From the NCBI GenBank assembly GCA_017652685.1, contig JAGCAN010000001.1, forward strand, positions 17,311-81,310: a stretch of 64,000 nt of DNA, read 5' to 3'. The DNA is from Oscillospiraceae bacterium (lineage in GTDB: Bacteria > Bacillota > Clostridia > Oscillospirales > Oscillospiraceae). The notes under the pieces were generated by a model. The model ran no database searches. It had not been told where the DNA came from and was given only the letters and a program-made list of their open reading frames with translations. Positions 49,529 through 60,723 of this stretch are shown here, piece by piece. Numbering within the stretch: the stretch's first letter is position 1; each line of letters begins with the position of its first letter. The translations under genes and the position numbers were made by a program.

Positions 49529-50803
49529 ATGAATATTATCAGCGGGAAATTACCCGTCGCGAAGCGGATCGTGTTCTACGGGGCTGAAGGCATTGGCAAG
49601 AGTACGCTTGCAAGCCAGTGCCCTGATCCGCTCTTCGTTGATACGGAAGGGTCGACGACACACATGGATGTCAAGCGCTTCGAGGCTCCGTCCTCGTGGC
49701 AGATGCTCCTTGATCAGGTGCAGTACGTGATCGACAACCCCACCGTCTGCAAAACACTGGTCATTGATACGGCAGATTGGGCGGAACAGCTCGAGATCAA
49801 CGATCTGTGCCGGAAGAAGGGGTGGGACGGCCTCGAAGGCGCTGGCTACGGTAAGGGCTACCAGTATAGCGCTGAGGAGTTCGGAAAGCTCCTGAACAAG
49901 CTTACAGAGGTCGTCAACAAAGGCGTGAACGTCGTGATCACGGCACACGCTACGCTCCGTAAGGTGGAGCTCCCGGAAGAGCTCGGGGCCTATGACCACT
50001 GGGAGATGAAGACCAGCAAGAAGGTGGCTCCCATGATCAAGGAATGGGCCGACGTGGTCCTGTTCCTCAACTATCACGTCAATGTCATCAATACGGATGG
50101 GAAAGGCGCTGTAAAGGGCAAGAACAAGGCCCAGGGCGGCCGCAGGGTGATACACACGACACATACACCGTTCTGGGACGCAAAAAACAGGTTCGGGATG
50201 CCGGATGAGCTGCCACTCGAATATGAGTCGATCGCTCCGCTATTCGATGATCAGCCGGCAGCACAGGAGCCGCCCAAAAGCGCTCCAAAGCCTAAGCCCA
50301 AATCGAAGCCAGAGCCTAAGCCTGAGGCCGTACCAGAAACCGCACCGAAGGATCCGGCGCCTCAGAAAGAGGTTGGCCAGGCTTTACAGGGATTTGTAGC
50401 TGAGGAGGATCTGTATCTCAGGAAGAACGGGGAACTCTACCACATCAAGGCGGGAAACGTCGTCCCGGGCAGCCTGCTGGATGCGGAGCATATCAGCCGC
50501 GCAGAATACGATAAGAGCCAGCCGGCAGCAATAACGGGGCCGGAAGACATCAGGAACGTTCCGGTCGAATACCAGGAACCCGATCCGAGGATCAATAAGT
50601 CGCTCCGTGATCTCATGATCGCATCACAGATCGATGAGTGGGAGATTCAGCACATCGCAAGCACAAAAGGCTACATGACAGCGGATACAAGAGTTGCCGA
50701 TTACCCGCAGGACTTCGTCGAGGGATGGGCCGTCGGATTCTGGCCACAGCTCAAGGCGGCCATCATGGAGATGCGGCAGAAACAGGAACTCGAATACAAA
50801 TAA
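49529..50803 (+). CDS. AAA_24/Sak4-like ATPase (second copy of 1636-2910)
   Basis: Identical translation at +47,893. Confidence 0.7.
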   Translation: MNIISGKLPVAKRIVFYGAEGIGKSTLASQCPDPLFVDTEGSTTHMDVKRFEAPSSWQMLLDQVQYVIDNPTVCKTLVIDTADWAEQLEINDLCRKKGWDGLEGAGYGKGYQYSAEEFGKLLNKLTEVVNKGVNVVITAHATLRKVELPEELGAYDHWEMKTSKKVAPMIKEWADVVLFLNYHVNVINTDGKGAVKGKNKAQGGRRVIHTTHTPFWDAKNRFGMPDELPLEYESIAPLFDDQPAAQEPPKSAPKPKPKSKPEPKPEAVPETAPKDPAPQKEVGQALQGFVAEEDLYLRKNGELYHIKAGNVVPGSLLDAEHISRAEYDKSQPAAITGPEDIRNVPVEYQEPDPRINKSLRDLMIASQIDEWEIQHIASTKGYMTADTRVADYPQDFVEGWAVGFWPQLKAAIMEMRQKQELEYK

Positions 50804-50816
50804 GGAGGAGTAATAA

Positions 50817-51254
50817 ATGGGAGACGTCTTAGATCTCAACAGCAGTATTAATCAGGAAAGTCAGTATGTAGATGTCCCGGAAGGCGAATATGACGCCAGG
50901 ATCGACCATGTCGAAAGCGGGGTCTGCCAGTGGGCCAATGAATACAACGGCAATCCGAACAGGATGGTATATGTCAACCTTGCCATGCCGGACGGAAGTG
51001 AGGCACAGCTCCGCGACGAGTTTGTCCTCAACTCGGATTTCGAGTGGAAACTCTCACAGCTTTTCCTCGGGACCGGGCAGAAAAAGAAGGGCGAACCGCT
51101 GCCGAACCTCGGCAGGGCGCTGAATGATCTTCCGGGCCTTACATGCAGGGTCAGGGTCAAAAAGACAAAAGGCAAAGGTGACAAGAAAGATACCACATAC
51201 ACAAACATCACATTCCTGGAGAAAAAGCAGCCTAAGTGGGGTGGTGGTTTCTGA
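50817..51254 (+). CDS. DUF669-like protein (second copy of 2924-3361)
   Basis: Identical translation at +47,893. Confidence 0.45.
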   Translation: MGDVLDLNSSINQESQYVDVPEGEYDARIDHVESGVCQWANEYNGNPNRMVYVNLAMPDGSEAQLRDEFVLNSDFEWKLSQLFLGTGQKKKGEPLPNLGRALNDLPGLTCRVRVKKTKGKGDKKDTTYTNITFLEKKQPKWGGGF

Positions 51255-52876
51255 TGATGAACCTCAGACCTTACCAGGAGCAGGCTTTCGCCGGAGTGTT
51301 CCGGGAATGGGATGGCGGCAGGCATAAGACGCTTGTCGTCATGCCAACCGGGACCGGCAAGACCATCGTGTTCGCCAAGATCGTCGAAGAATGTGTCCGG
51401 CGCGGATCGCGTGTGCTGATCATGGCACACCGCGGGGAACTCCTGGACCAGGCCGCTGACAAGATCTTCAAGGCGACCGGGCTCCGATCGTCAGTGGAGA
51501 AGGCGGAGCAGACCTGCATTGGGCAATGGTACCGCGTTGTGGTCGGATCAGTACAGACTCTGATGAGCGAGAAACGGCTGAGGCAGTTTCCGAAGGATTA
51601 CTTCAATGTGATCATCGTCGATGAGGCTCATCATTGTGTCAGCTCGTCCTATCAGCGGGTACTGCAGTATTTCAGCGATTCCAACGTTCTGGGCGTCACG
51701 GCTACGCCTGACAGGGCCGACATGAAGAACCTCGGGAGCTATTTCGAGTCTTTAGCTTATGAGTACACCATGCCGGAAGCCATCCGGAGCGGATACCTGG
51801 TGCCGATCAAGGCGCTTACGATCCCGCTCAAGATCGACATCAGCATGGTCGGGATCAGTGCCGGAGACTTCAAAGCCGGCGAGATCGGGACTGCACTTGA
51901 CCCGTACCTGTTCCAGATCGCGGACGAGATGACAAGGTTCTGTAAGGACCGGAAGACGATCGTGTTCCTGCCGCTGATCGCCACATCACAGAAGTTTATG
52001 GGAATGCTCAATGAGCGGGGCTTCAGCGCGGCAGAAGTCAACGGCTCCAGCGAGGATAGGGCACAGATTCTGCAGGACTTCGAGTCTGGCAAATACAACG
52101 TGATCTGCAATTCGATGCTGCTTACAGAAGGCTATGACTGCCCGGCAGTAGACTGCATCATTGTGCTCAGGCCGACAAGGTCAAGACCGCTTTACGCTCA
52201 GATGATCGGACGTGGAACAAGGCTGTCCCCGGAGACCGGTAAGGGACATCTGCTGCTGATCGACTTCTTGTGGATGACGGAACGTCATGAGCTGTGCCAT
52301 CCGGCCTCGTTGATCTGTGAGGATCCGGAAGTCGCCCAGCGTATGACGAAGAACCTGGAAGACAAGGCCGGCGAGGCTGTAGACATCGAAGAAGCTGAGA
52401 AGCGTGCATCTGAGGATGTGGTCGCCGAACGCGAGGAAGCACTCGCCAAGGAACTGGCAGCACAGCGCCGGAAGAAGAGCCAGCTGGTCGACCCGCTGCA
52501 GTATGCAATGAGTATCAACGCAAGGGATCTTGTCGATTATGTCCCGCCGTTCGGGTGGGCCGCTCAGGATCCTACCGCACAGCAGCGTGACAGGCTCGAG
52601 CATCTCGGGATTAATCCCGAAAATGTCAAGAGCCAGGGCGAAGCGGACATGCTCCTCAAGAAGCTCGGCGAAAGGAGCTCCGGAGGGCTTGCGACTCCAC
52701 GACAGATCAGACAGCTTGAGAACCGAGGCTTTCAAAATGTCGGGACATGGTCGTTTGATCAGGCCCGGAATCTGATCGACAGGATCGCGGCAAACGGATG
52801 GAGAACACCAAGAGACATTAACCCTAAATCATATGTGCCTCAGGCAGATGAGCCTAAGGTATCAGGGTGGATTTGA
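51254..52876 (+). CDS. SF2 DEAD/DEAH helicase (second copy of 3361-4983)
   Basis: Identical translation at +47,893. Confidence 0.85.
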   Translation: MMNLRPYQEQAFAGVFREWDGGRHKTLVVMPTGTGKTIVFAKIVEECVRRGSRVLIMAHRGELLDQAADKIFKATGLRSSVEKAEQTCIGQWYRVVVGSVQTLMSEKRLRQFPKDYFNVIIVDEAHHCVSSSYQRVLQYFSDSNVLGVTATPDRADMKNLGSYFESLAYEYTMPEAIRSGYLVPIKALTIPLKIDISMVGISAGDFKAGEIGTALDPYLFQIADEMTRFCKDRKTIVFLPLIATSQKFMGMLNERGFSAAEVNGSSEDRAQILQDFESGKYNVICNSMLLTEGYDCPAVDCIIVLRPTRSRPLYAQMIGRGTRLSPETGKGHLLLIDFLWMTERHELCHPASLICEDPEVAQRMTKNLEDKAGEAVDIEEAEKRASEDVVAEREEALAKELAAQRRKKSQLVDPLQYAMSINARDLVDYVPPFGWAAQDPTAQQRDRLEHLGINPENVKSQGEADMLLKKLGERSSGGLATPRQIRQLENRGFQNVGTWSFDQARNLIDRIAANGWRTPRDINPKSYVPQADEPKVSGWI

Positions 52877-55152
52877 TGGACAACAGAACAGATTTAGTTG
52901 AATTGCTTAAACATATAGATCCCGGGCTCCTTGACTATCAGGAATGGACGGATGTAGGCATGGCGCTCAAGCTCGATGGCTATCCCTGCAGCGTCTGGGA
53001 TGACTGGAGCCGGAAGGATGCCGGACGCTATCACGCAGGTGAGTGTGCCCGGAAGTGGCGGACATTCAAACGTGACGAGGGCGTCACCGGCGGGACGATC
53101 TATCATCTGGCCGTCTCTCAGGGATGGGTACCGACACACGAAGCCGGCAGGATCCTGAGCATGGACGACTCGATCGAATATGAAGGCGTTGTGGTTGGCG
53201 AGGGATGGGCAGAGATACGCGAGTTCGATGAGCCTGCGAAATGGGAACCCGAACAGCAGCTGATCCGGTATCTCGAGACGCTCTTCCAGCCGGAGGAGAT
53301 CTTCGGATATGTGACAGAGTCCTTCGAAAAAGCAGACAAGTCCGGGAAAAAGAAGCTCGTGCCCGCCAACAAGGGCGTGTATACGCTCCGCGTAGGCGAG
53401 ATCGTGCAGAGGCTTAAGAGCGACACCATTGAGGATGTTATCGGCAAATACAAGCACGAAGCCGGCGCGTGGATCCGCTTCAATCCATTGGATGGGAACG
53501 GCGTCAACAACGAGAACGTGACGGATTACCGGTACGCTCTGGTCGAGTCGGACAACATGTCCCTGGAAGCGCAGAACGGCCTGATCAGGCAGCTTAACCT
53601 GCCCGTAGCGGTCCTGATGTACTCCGGCGGCAAGAGTGTCCATGCGATCGTAAAAATCGAGGCAGATGACAAGCAGGAGTACCAGAAGCGTGTCAATTAC
53701 CTGTACGACGTCTGCAAGAAGAACGGCATGGTGATCGATACGCAGAACCGGAACCCTTCCAGGCTGTCCAGAATGCCGGGATGTGAACGAGGAGAAAAAA
53801 AGCAGTTCATTATCGATACGAACATCGGCTGTAAGTCCTGGTCAGAATGGCATGAGTGGATCGAGGCTGTGAATGATGATCTTCCGGATATGGAGGAGCT
53901 TTCATCGGAATGGGACAGCCTTCCGCCACTGGCTCCGGAGCTGATCAAAGGAGTGCTCCGGGAAGGCCACAAGATGCTGATCGTGGGACCCTCTAAAGCC
54001 GGCAAGTCCTTTGACCTCATAGAGCTGTGTATAGCGATCGCTGAGGGCAGGTCATGGCATGGATGGGACTGTATGAAGGGACGTGTCCTTTACGTCAATC
54101 TTGAACTTGACAGGGCATCCTGTCTGCACAGGTTCCGCGACGTTTACAATGCTGCAGGGATACCGCCCAGAAGCCTCAGCAACATCGATATATGGAACTT
54201 AAGGGGAAGATCCGTCCCAATGGATAAACTGGCTCCTAAGCTCATCAGGAGGGCCAAGGACAGGCATTACAAGGCTGTTATCATCGACCCGATCTACAAG
54301 GTCATCACCGGCGATGAGAACTCAGCTGACCAGATGGCCAAGTTCTGTAACCAGTTCGATAAGGTGTGCACAGAGCTGGGAGCCTCAGTGATCTATTGTC
54401 ATCACCACTCTAAAGGATCACAGGGACAGAAGAAATCGATGGACAGGGCGTCAGGCTCCGGAGTCTTCGCAAGGGATCCGGACGCGCTGCTGGACATGAT
54501 AGAGCTCCCGCTCACGAATGCCATAATCGCGCAGGAGACCAACAAGGCCATCTGCCGTACCTGTATCCAATACCTGACGGCTTATTGCAAGAACATTCCG
54601 TGGGAGACAGACCTGTCGCAGGACGATAAGTTGTCGGCCGGGATCATGCAGACTTACTGCGAAAACAAGCTCGATCAGTGGCAGCAGAAAGCACTTGCCC
54701 GTCAGCTGGAAGAGGCAGTCAAGGGAGTGGAATCGCTATCGGGATGGAGGATCGAGGGGACGCTCAGAGAGTTCCCGAAATTCAAGCCGGTCAACACATG
54801 GTTCCGGTATCCGATCCATACGCCTGACGAGTCAGGATGCCTGCAGGATATCCAGCCGGAAAGCGAATTGACTGGATATCAGAAGATGGTGGAACAGCGA
54901 AAGAAGAAGGCAGAGAAGAAAAAAGAGGACACGATCAATCAGATCGAGATCGCTTTCGAGGGCGTCCAACAGGACGGCGTAGCGTCAGCGATCGACATCG
55001 CGGAAGAGATCGGAGTCGCTCCGGATACCATAAAACGATGGTTCGGCAAAGGAAAACGGAGCCGTCCGGAATACAAAAAACGGTTTGAAACTTTCGAAAA
55101 TCCCGACGATCATAAGCTGTTTTTGAGACGCAAAGAGGGTACGGACAGATAG
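52876..55152 (+). CDS. Primase-helicase (second copy of 4983-7259)
   Basis: Identical translation at +47,893. Confidence 0.75.
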   Translation: MDNRTDLVELLKHIDPGLLDYQEWTDVGMALKLDGYPCSVWDDWSRKDAGRYHAGECARKWRTFKRDEGVTGGTIYHLAVSQGWVPTHEAGRILSMDDSIEYEGVVVGEGWAEIREFDEPAKWEPEQQLIRYLETLFQPEEIFGYVTESFEKADKSGKKKLVPANKGVYTLRVGEIVQRLKSDTIEDVIGKYKHEAGAWIRFNPLDGNGVNNENVTDYRYALVESDNMSLEAQNGLIRQLNLPVAVLMYSGGKSVHAIVKIEADDKQEYQKRVNYLYDVCKKNGMVIDTQNRNPSRLSRMPGCERGEKKQFIIDTNIGCKSWSEWHEWIEAVNDDLPDMEELSSEWDSLPPLAPELIKGVLREGHKMLIVGPSKAGKSFDLIELCIAIAEGRSWHGWDCMKGRVLYVNLELDRASCLHRFRDVYNAAGIPPRSLSNIDIWNLRGRSVPMDKLAPKLIRRAKDRHYKAVIIDPIYKVITGDENSADQMAKFCNQFDKVCTELGASVIYCHHHSKGSQGQKKSMDRASGSGVFARDPDALLDMIELPLTNAIIAQETNKAICRTCIQYLTAYCKNIPWETDLSQDDKLSAGIMQTYCENKLDQWQQKALARQLEEAVKGVESLSGWRIEGTLREFPKFKPVNTWFRYPIHTPDESGCLQDIQPESELTGYQKMVEQRKKKAEKKKEDTINQIEIAFEGVQQDGVASAIDIAEEIGVAPDTIKRWFGKGKRSRPEYKKRFETFENPDDHKLFLRRKEGTDR

Positions 55153-55393
55153 GGACAACATCGTGCGTCCCTAGTCCCTATGGGGTACGGACACTAGGGA
55201 CAGTACCGTGCGTCCGTACCTGCCGACACCTACGGACAGATAGGGACAACATCGTGCGTCCGTGTCCCTACCCCTAGGGACGAAGGTAGGGACGGACGAT
55301 GTGTATAACACTATAGTGTCCCGTACGTACCGTCCGCGTGGGTGAGACGGAGGGTGGGTGCTAAGCACACCCACCGTCCCTACCACACACGTA
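55140..55393. repeat. Iteron cluster / putative origin (second copy of 7247-7500)
   Basis: Same sequence at +47,893. Confidence 0.6.
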
Positions 55394-55420
55394 CGGAGAC
55401 AAAACGCGAAGGGAGGATGG

Positions 55421-55822
55421 ATGGAGATTAAATTTTTTATGGCGATGGACCCGCCGACCGTGACGGCACAGGAACACAAGGTCATGGTCCGCAACGGTAA
55501 GCCGGTGTTCTATGATCCGCCGGAGCTCAAGGCGGCCCGGCAGAAACTAACAGACTACCTGGCACAGTACAAACCCGAACAGACGCTGACCGGTCCGCTG
55601 GAGCTGGTAACGACATGGTGCTTTCCGACAGAGGCCGAGTGGCAGTACAGCAGCTATAAGATCACAAGGCCGGACACGGATAACCTTAACAAGATGCTTA
55701 AGGACTGCATGACGGCTGTGGGGTTCTGGCATGACGACGCGCAGGTGTGCCGTGAGATCATCGAAAAGTTCTGGGTAAGTCCGAACCTGCGCGGGATCTT
55801 TGTAAAGGTCACTCAGCTATGA
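55421..55822 (+). CDS. rusA: RusA resolvase (second copy)
   Basis: Identical translation at +47,893. Confidence 0.85.
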   Translation: MEIKFFMAMDPPTVTAQEHKVMVRNGKPVFYDPPELKAARQKLTDYLAQYKPEQTLTGPLELVTTWCFPTEAEWQYSSYKITRPDTDNLNKMLKDCMTAVGFWHDDAQVCREIIEKFWVSPNLRGIFVKVTQL

Positions 55823-56040
55823 CGCCTATGACATACTTCAGGTTCTTCCAGGACTTGTGGAGGTTTTTTAAAAATCACGCCGAGCCGGTCTCAGCTGACA
55901 GCTGGTGGCAGCGTCTCGCTGATCAGGCGGACGAGCTCGCCAATCGGTACGGCAACACTGAATTTGTGATCCGGATGACATCAATAGTCGTCTGGGAAAT
56001 TGACAGAATATTTCAAGAAAAAGAGGAGATGAAAAGATGA
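55819..56040 (+). CDS. Hypothetical protein (second copy of 7926-8147)
   Basis: Identical translation at +47,893. Confidence 0.5.
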   Translation: MTPMTYFRFFQDLWRFFKNHAEPVSADSWWQRLADQADELANRYGNTEFVIRMTSIVVWEIDRIFQEKEEMKR

Positions 56041-56660
56041 AAGATATCAGAGTAAAGCTTACGTTCACAGAGCCTATCCTGGGCACAGCAAGTGCAAACC
56101 CCGAAATTCACAGTGAGTACATCGCGTCGAAAGCTCCGGACGCGCCCAGCAAGGAAGAAGAGATCGCCGCGATCGGCGCCGAGGAGTATGAGGAGAAAGC
56201 AATGACAGTCTTCCCGCGCAACAACGAGGGGATCCCGATCCTGTTTGATTACCAGATCAAGGGATTTTTCAAAGACGCATGCTCCATGCTCCAGAAGTGT
56301 CGGGCCGGGAAAGGCGGCAAGCCGGAAGAGTTCGCGAAAGAATCCTGCGCACTCAAGGCGTACAAGAAGATCATCGATGGCTGCATCTTCGTGATGGAAC
56401 GCCAGATCCCGATCGAGCTCAATGGGGAGATGGGCAACCTCCAGCGACCGCTCCGCGGACAGACAGCACAGGGCGAACGGATCGCGCTGGCCAACAGTGA
56501 GAAGGCCCCGGCAGGAAGTTCGGTGGAATTTACGATCAGGTGCCTGTCTGATACATACGCGCCGGCAGTGATGGAATGGCTGAACTACGGAGCCCTCAGG
56601 GGCATTGGCCAGTGGCGCAACGGATCATACGGCAGGTTCGAGTACAAGATCATCGAATAA
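56037..56660 (+). CDS. RAMP-like-motif protein (second copy of 8144-8767)
   Basis: Identical translation at +47,893. Confidence 0.6.
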   Translation: MKDIRVKLTFTEPILGTASANPEIHSEYIASKAPDAPSKEEEIAAIGAEEYEEKAMTVFPRNNEGIPILFDYQIKGFFKDACSMLQKCRAGKGGKPEEFAKESCALKAYKKIIDGCIFVMERQIPIELNGEMGNLQRPLRGQTAQGERIALANSEKAPAGSSVEFTIRCLSDTYAPAVMEWLNYGALRGIGQWRNGSYGRFEYKIIE

Positions 56661-57526
56661 GCAGCGGAAAGGCTATCTGTCGCAAGGCAGAGCGACGGCA
56701 TGGCGCTGACGGGCACAGTAACGCATAGCAAAGGCACGGATGGGAAAGGCGTAGCAACGGCATGGCAATGACGAGCTTAGAGATGCGAAGGCGATGCACA
56801 GAGCCGCAAAGACGCGCAAAGGCTTAGTTGGGCAAATCGCAGAAAGCAAAGCAAAAGGCGAAGCAGTGCAATGCTTTGCAAGGGCAAGGCTCATCAACGG
56901 GCGGCAAAGGCTAGGCTGTGTGGGGCAAGGCAGTGGCAACGAAAGGTAGTGCCCTGCAAAGGCAAGGCGAAGTTAGTCGGGGTGATGCGATGGCAAAAGC
57001 AGAGAAATGAGCGCCAAGCGGTGGCAAGGTGAAGCGAAGCGGTGGCAAGGCAAGGCATGTCGTGGCAAAACAGAGCAATGGCAGTGCAAATCGGAGTGCG
57101 GCAATGGCATAGCTCGGAATATCGCGGCATGGCAGCGGAATTGCAGAGATAGGTTATGCGACGGCATAGCATCACATTGCGGAGACCGGCAAAGGCGAGG
57201 AGTAGACGAGCGGATCCAAGGCAACGATTGGCAGCGAGTAGGGTCGCAAAGGCTTAGCACATCAATGACACGCTAAGGCTATGCAGAGACTATTTTCGCT
57301 CAGCAGTGGAACTGTACAGCCACGGCATCGCAGAGGCTTGGCAATAGCTAAACGGAGCATAGCGGGGCGGAGCAACGGCATAGCAAGGAAATACTAAGGA
57401 CGCAGAGGCATTGCGAAGCGGCACGGAGCAGAGGCGATGAGGGGCTGAGCAGAGAAAAGCAGAGGATCAGCATAAAAGAGCGAAGCAAGGGCAACAGTAA
57501 CATCAGCAAAAGAAGGAGGATGAAAG
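56661..57526 (+). other. Purine-skewed GGCA-rich non-coding block (second copy of 8768-9633)
   Basis: Same sequence at +47,893. Confidence 0.6.
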
Positions 57527-57916
57527 ATGGAAAATATGATCCTGATCAACGGAACAAAACTTAAGGCAGTCATCGCCGAGTGGGAACAGATAGGAGGCTA
57601 CAGCGAAGGCGAAAAGAATATCCTGAGAGCCGTTATCAATGAGATCGAAGAGGCAATGGAGAACGGCCCGTGGATCCCGGTGGCTGAAGGGCTTCCGGAA
57701 GAGCCCGGCGAGTATCTGGTCACGGCCAGATGGGACGAGGATGAACCGTACGCGATCTTCATTGCGGACTACGGCAACAAGATAGATCCCAGGTGGGACG
57801 GCAGCCACAAGGTCTTCCAAAATGGTTTTGCGTTCGGCGAGATCTGGGGCGACAGCCTCGATAACCTCTTCGAGGTCACGGCCTGGATGCCTAAGCAGGA
57901 AACATATCAGTCATGA
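57527..57916 (+). CDS. DUF551-like protein (second copy)
   Basis: Identical translation at +47,893. Confidence 0.55.
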   Translation: MENMILINGTKLKAVIAEWEQIGGYSEGEKNILRAVINEIEEAMENGPWIPVAEGLPEEPGEYLVTARWDEDEPYAIFIADYGNKIDPRWDGSHKVFQNGFAFGEIWGDSLDNLFEVTAWMPKQETYQS

Positions 57917-58098
57917 AACTGGTAAACGCGCATGCGGGAATGGAAATCGGTATCTGTAAATTAAACGATAAGCCGGCATTATACATCCAGGACGGACAGT
58001 GGTGCAGGATATATGCAACTTTTTTGTCAGAGGAAAAAGCCGAGATGTTCCTGCACAAGCTGAAAAAATGGGACTTACATGGAGGGAATGATGGATAA
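57913..58098 (+). CDS. Hypothetical protein (second copy of 10020-10205)
   Basis: Identical translation at +47,893. Confidence 0.45.
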   Translation: MKLVNAHAGMEIGICKLNDKPALYIQDGQWCRIYATFLSEEKAEMFLHKLKKWDLHGGNDG

Positions 58099-58447
58099 CG
58101 TCTATTCACAAATGTTGATAACTGCAAAAAACGCCGGCATAAATGTGGTCGGTAAACATAAGGCAGCAAAACTCCTTGCACTCTGTTGCGCGATAGGGGA
58201 CGAACCGTTTGTGTTTAACAAAAAGCTGTATGAAGATGTCATGTATGCGGCTGATGTAACAGGAATTAAGCACATGAATTATCCGCTTGAGGAAATAACG
58301 TCTCTTATCAACAAATACTACAACGATTTGCAGATTGGGACAGCAGACTGGGTGCAGGAAATCAACGAAGAATATAAAACGAAGTTTCCAAAAAAAATGG
58401 AATCTGATGGAAGAGAGAAACTGATATGGCCGTCTATGCTTATTTAA
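58079..58447 (+). CDS. Hypothetical protein (second copy of 10186-10554)
   Basis: Identical translation at +47,893. Confidence 0.5.
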   Translation: MEGMMDNVYSQMLITAKNAGINVVGKHKAAKLLALCCAIGDEPFVFNKKLYEDVMYAADVTGIKHMNYPLEEITSLINKYYNDLQIGTADWVQEINEEYKTKFPKKMESDGREKLIWPSMLI

Positions 58448-59058
58448 GAGTATCAACCGGAAAACAGGATGGAGAAAACCAGCGTCTTGGAGTTGATGAA
58501 CTCGCAAAAAGGCTTGGTCTTGAAATCACAGAATACATCGATGATGAAGGCGTGAGTGGGACGAAAGAACCTGAAAAGCGCGAACTTGGAAAACTGTTAA
58601 AGAAACTGAAACCAGGTGATGTACTTCTTGCCGGTGAAATTTCAAGACTCGGAAGATCACTATTCATGGTCATGAGGATATTGGAATATTGCATGAATAA
58701 CGACATAAGGGTCTATACAGCAAAAGATGGGTACGAGCTTGGTGACAACATTCAGTCTAAGGTTCTCGCATTTGCGTTCGGGCTATCCGCTGAGATTGAG
58801 CGTGAAATGATCAGTAGGCGAACAAAAGAGGCGCTTGCCAAGAAGCGGGCAGAAGGTGTGATTCTTGGCCGTCCCAAAGGGAGAAAATCAGGACAGGTAA
58901 AACTTTCCGGGAAAGCGCACGATATCAAGGTACTGTTGGATTACGGAATCCCAAAAATGCAAATTGCGAAAAAGATGAAGGTTAACCGTAATACGCTCGC
59001 GACATACCTGAAAGAAAGATATGAAGATGAACTTCTTGAACTTAAAAAGGAGAAATAG
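58426..59058 (+). CDS. Small serine recombinase (second copy)
   Basis: Identical translation at +47,893. Confidence 0.85.
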   Translation: MAVYAYLRVSTGKQDGENQRLGVDELAKRLGLEITEYIDDEGVSGTKEPEKRELGKLLKKLKPGDVLLAGEISRLGRSLFMVMRILEYCMNNDIRVYTAKDGYELGDNIQSKVLAFAFGLSAEIEREMISRRTKEALAKKRAEGVILGRPKGRKSGQVKLSGKAHDIKVLLDYGIPKMQIAKKMKVNRNTLATYLKERYEDELLELKKEK

Positions 59059-59060
59059 AT

Positions 59061-59813
59061 ATGAAAAACACCTGCAAGACCTGCACGCACAGCAAGCCCA
59101 CGTACAAGGGCTATCGGTGCGAAATCAAGGGCAAAAAGACCAAGCTGACCGACACATGCAAAGACTGGTCACGCAAGGCAGGCATCATCCTGCTCGCCCT
59201 GATCCTGTCCGCCACACCGCTCACCGTACACGCACAGGGACGTGACTGGTGGCCGGATCAAGTGGAACAGGATGACTACTACCACAACCTTGACAAGTTT
59301 GGCGAGTGGCCAGGGGACGTCATCACCAACGAGACAATGATCGAGACGGTAACCTTCCGCCCGAAAGTGCTGTCGGCGGTGACGTACAGCAAAAGCACCA
59401 AGATAACCGTGGATGCCACGACGGCAGCGAGAGTGATCATTGTACGGTACACGACAGACGGTAAGCACTGGGAACAGCGGAGCTTCCGGAACATGAGCTA
59501 CAAAGGCCCAGTCACAGCGCACAGGAAATGGCAGGTGAAAGCATACGTCAAGGAAAACAGATACTCCTCATGGTGCGCGAGGCAGTTTAAGCAAGCTGGC
59601 AAGACGATCGACTACAAAAAGACGGCAATGCTTAACAGCCCGATGGCCCAATTGTATTTCGACGACCACTTGATCGACGGTATCCGCAGGAAGGTAGCCA
59701 GTCCGGTCACGCTGAACATTCCCGTCAGGGCGAGGAGGATCAGAATTCGATATGCATACACGGGGCTGAAAAGGGAATGTTACTCCGAGTGGGCCGAGGT
59801 GAAAGCGAGGTAA
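59061..59813 (+). CDS. Membrane-anchored Cys-cluster protein (second copy)
   Basis: Identical translation at +47,893. Confidence 0.55.
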   Translation: MKNTCKTCTHSKPTYKGYRCEIKGKKTKLTDTCKDWSRKAGIILLALILSATPLTVHAQGRDWWPDQVEQDDYYHNLDKFGEWPGDVITNETMIETVTFRPKVLSAVTYSKSTKITVDATTAARVIIVRYTTDGKHWEQRSFRNMSYKGPVTAHRKWQVKAYVKENRYSSWCARQFKQAGKTIDYKKTAMLNSPMAQLYFDDHLIDGIRRKVASPVTLNIPVRARRIRIRYAYTGLKRECYSEWAEVKAR

Positions 59814-59817
59814 TGAA

Positions 59818-60045
59818 ATGTTTGACAAAAATGCAATCGCCAGAAATCTCAGAAAACACATGGAAGAGAAAAACATAAGCATAAACAAACTGGCCAGATT
59901 GGCCGATGTGATGCCGAGCACAGTTTGGCAATACATACATGGATATAGTACGCCAGTTATCTACAATCTGTATAAAATCAGCAAAGTACTCGGAATAAGC
60001 GTTGATAACCTGATCAAAGGGATAGACGACGGGAAAGAGGATTGA
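59818..60045 (+). CDS. XRE HTH regulator (second copy)
   Basis: Identical translation at +47,893. Confidence 0.75.
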   Translation: MFDKNAIARNLRKHMEEKNISINKLARLADVMPSTVWQYIHGYSTPVIYNLYKISKVLGISVDNLIKGIDDGKED

Positions 60046-60048
60046 GCA

Positions 60049-60723
60049 GTGAACAGGATAAAAGACATCATCAAAGTGATTGATCAGATATCCGGAAGGT
60101 ATTCGGCGTATGAAGTATTCACAGATTGGATCAGGTGCATGGCGATGTCAATATGCAATACGGTCTCGCCGATCCATGACAAAGTATGGCAGGAACGGGA
60201 ACAGTCCTATATGGATACAATGCGGAAATACACGCCTGAAGAACAGGTCAAACTCTGTGAAATGATGTTGTGGCTCGTAGAGACACTGGATGACGGCCCG
60301 TATGATGTCCTCGGGAAAATCTACATGGACGCCGGCATGGGAAGTAAAGCGGCCGGCCAGTTCTTCACACCATTTCATCTGTCAGTACTTACGGCAAAAA
60401 TGTCATTGGGAGAATCAATTGAGTCATATCGGGATGAAATGACTAAGTTGGACATCAATGAACCGACATGCGGAGGAGGGGCGATGATCATCGCAGCAGC
60501 CAAAGTGTTGCAGGATGAAGGGATCAATTACCAGAAGGTGATGAAAGTGGTAGCACAGGATCTTGACTGGAAAGGAGTGTATATGTGCTATGTGCAGCTC
60601 AGTCTTCTGGGAATAGATGCGATTTGTGTGCAAGGCAATACGCTGGCTGATCCTTATGTTCCTGGCAAGACAGACAGGTCGCATATCATGAGGACTCCGA
60701 AAAATATGGGGGTGCTGCTATGA
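60049..60723 (+). CDS. Methyltransferase-like protein lacking motif IV (second copy)
   Basis: Identical translation at +47,893. Confidence 0.6.
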   Translation: MNRIKDIIKVIDQISGRYSAYEVFTDWIRCMAMSICNTVSPIHDKVWQEREQSYMDTMRKYTPEEQVKLCEMMLWLVETLDDGPYDVLGKIYMDAGMGSKAAGQFFTPFHLSVLTAKMSLGESIESYRDEMTKLDINEPTCGGGAMIIAAAKVLQDEGINYQKVMKVVAQDLDWKGVYMCYVQLSLLGIDAICVQGNTLADPYVPGKTDRSHIMRTPKNMGVLL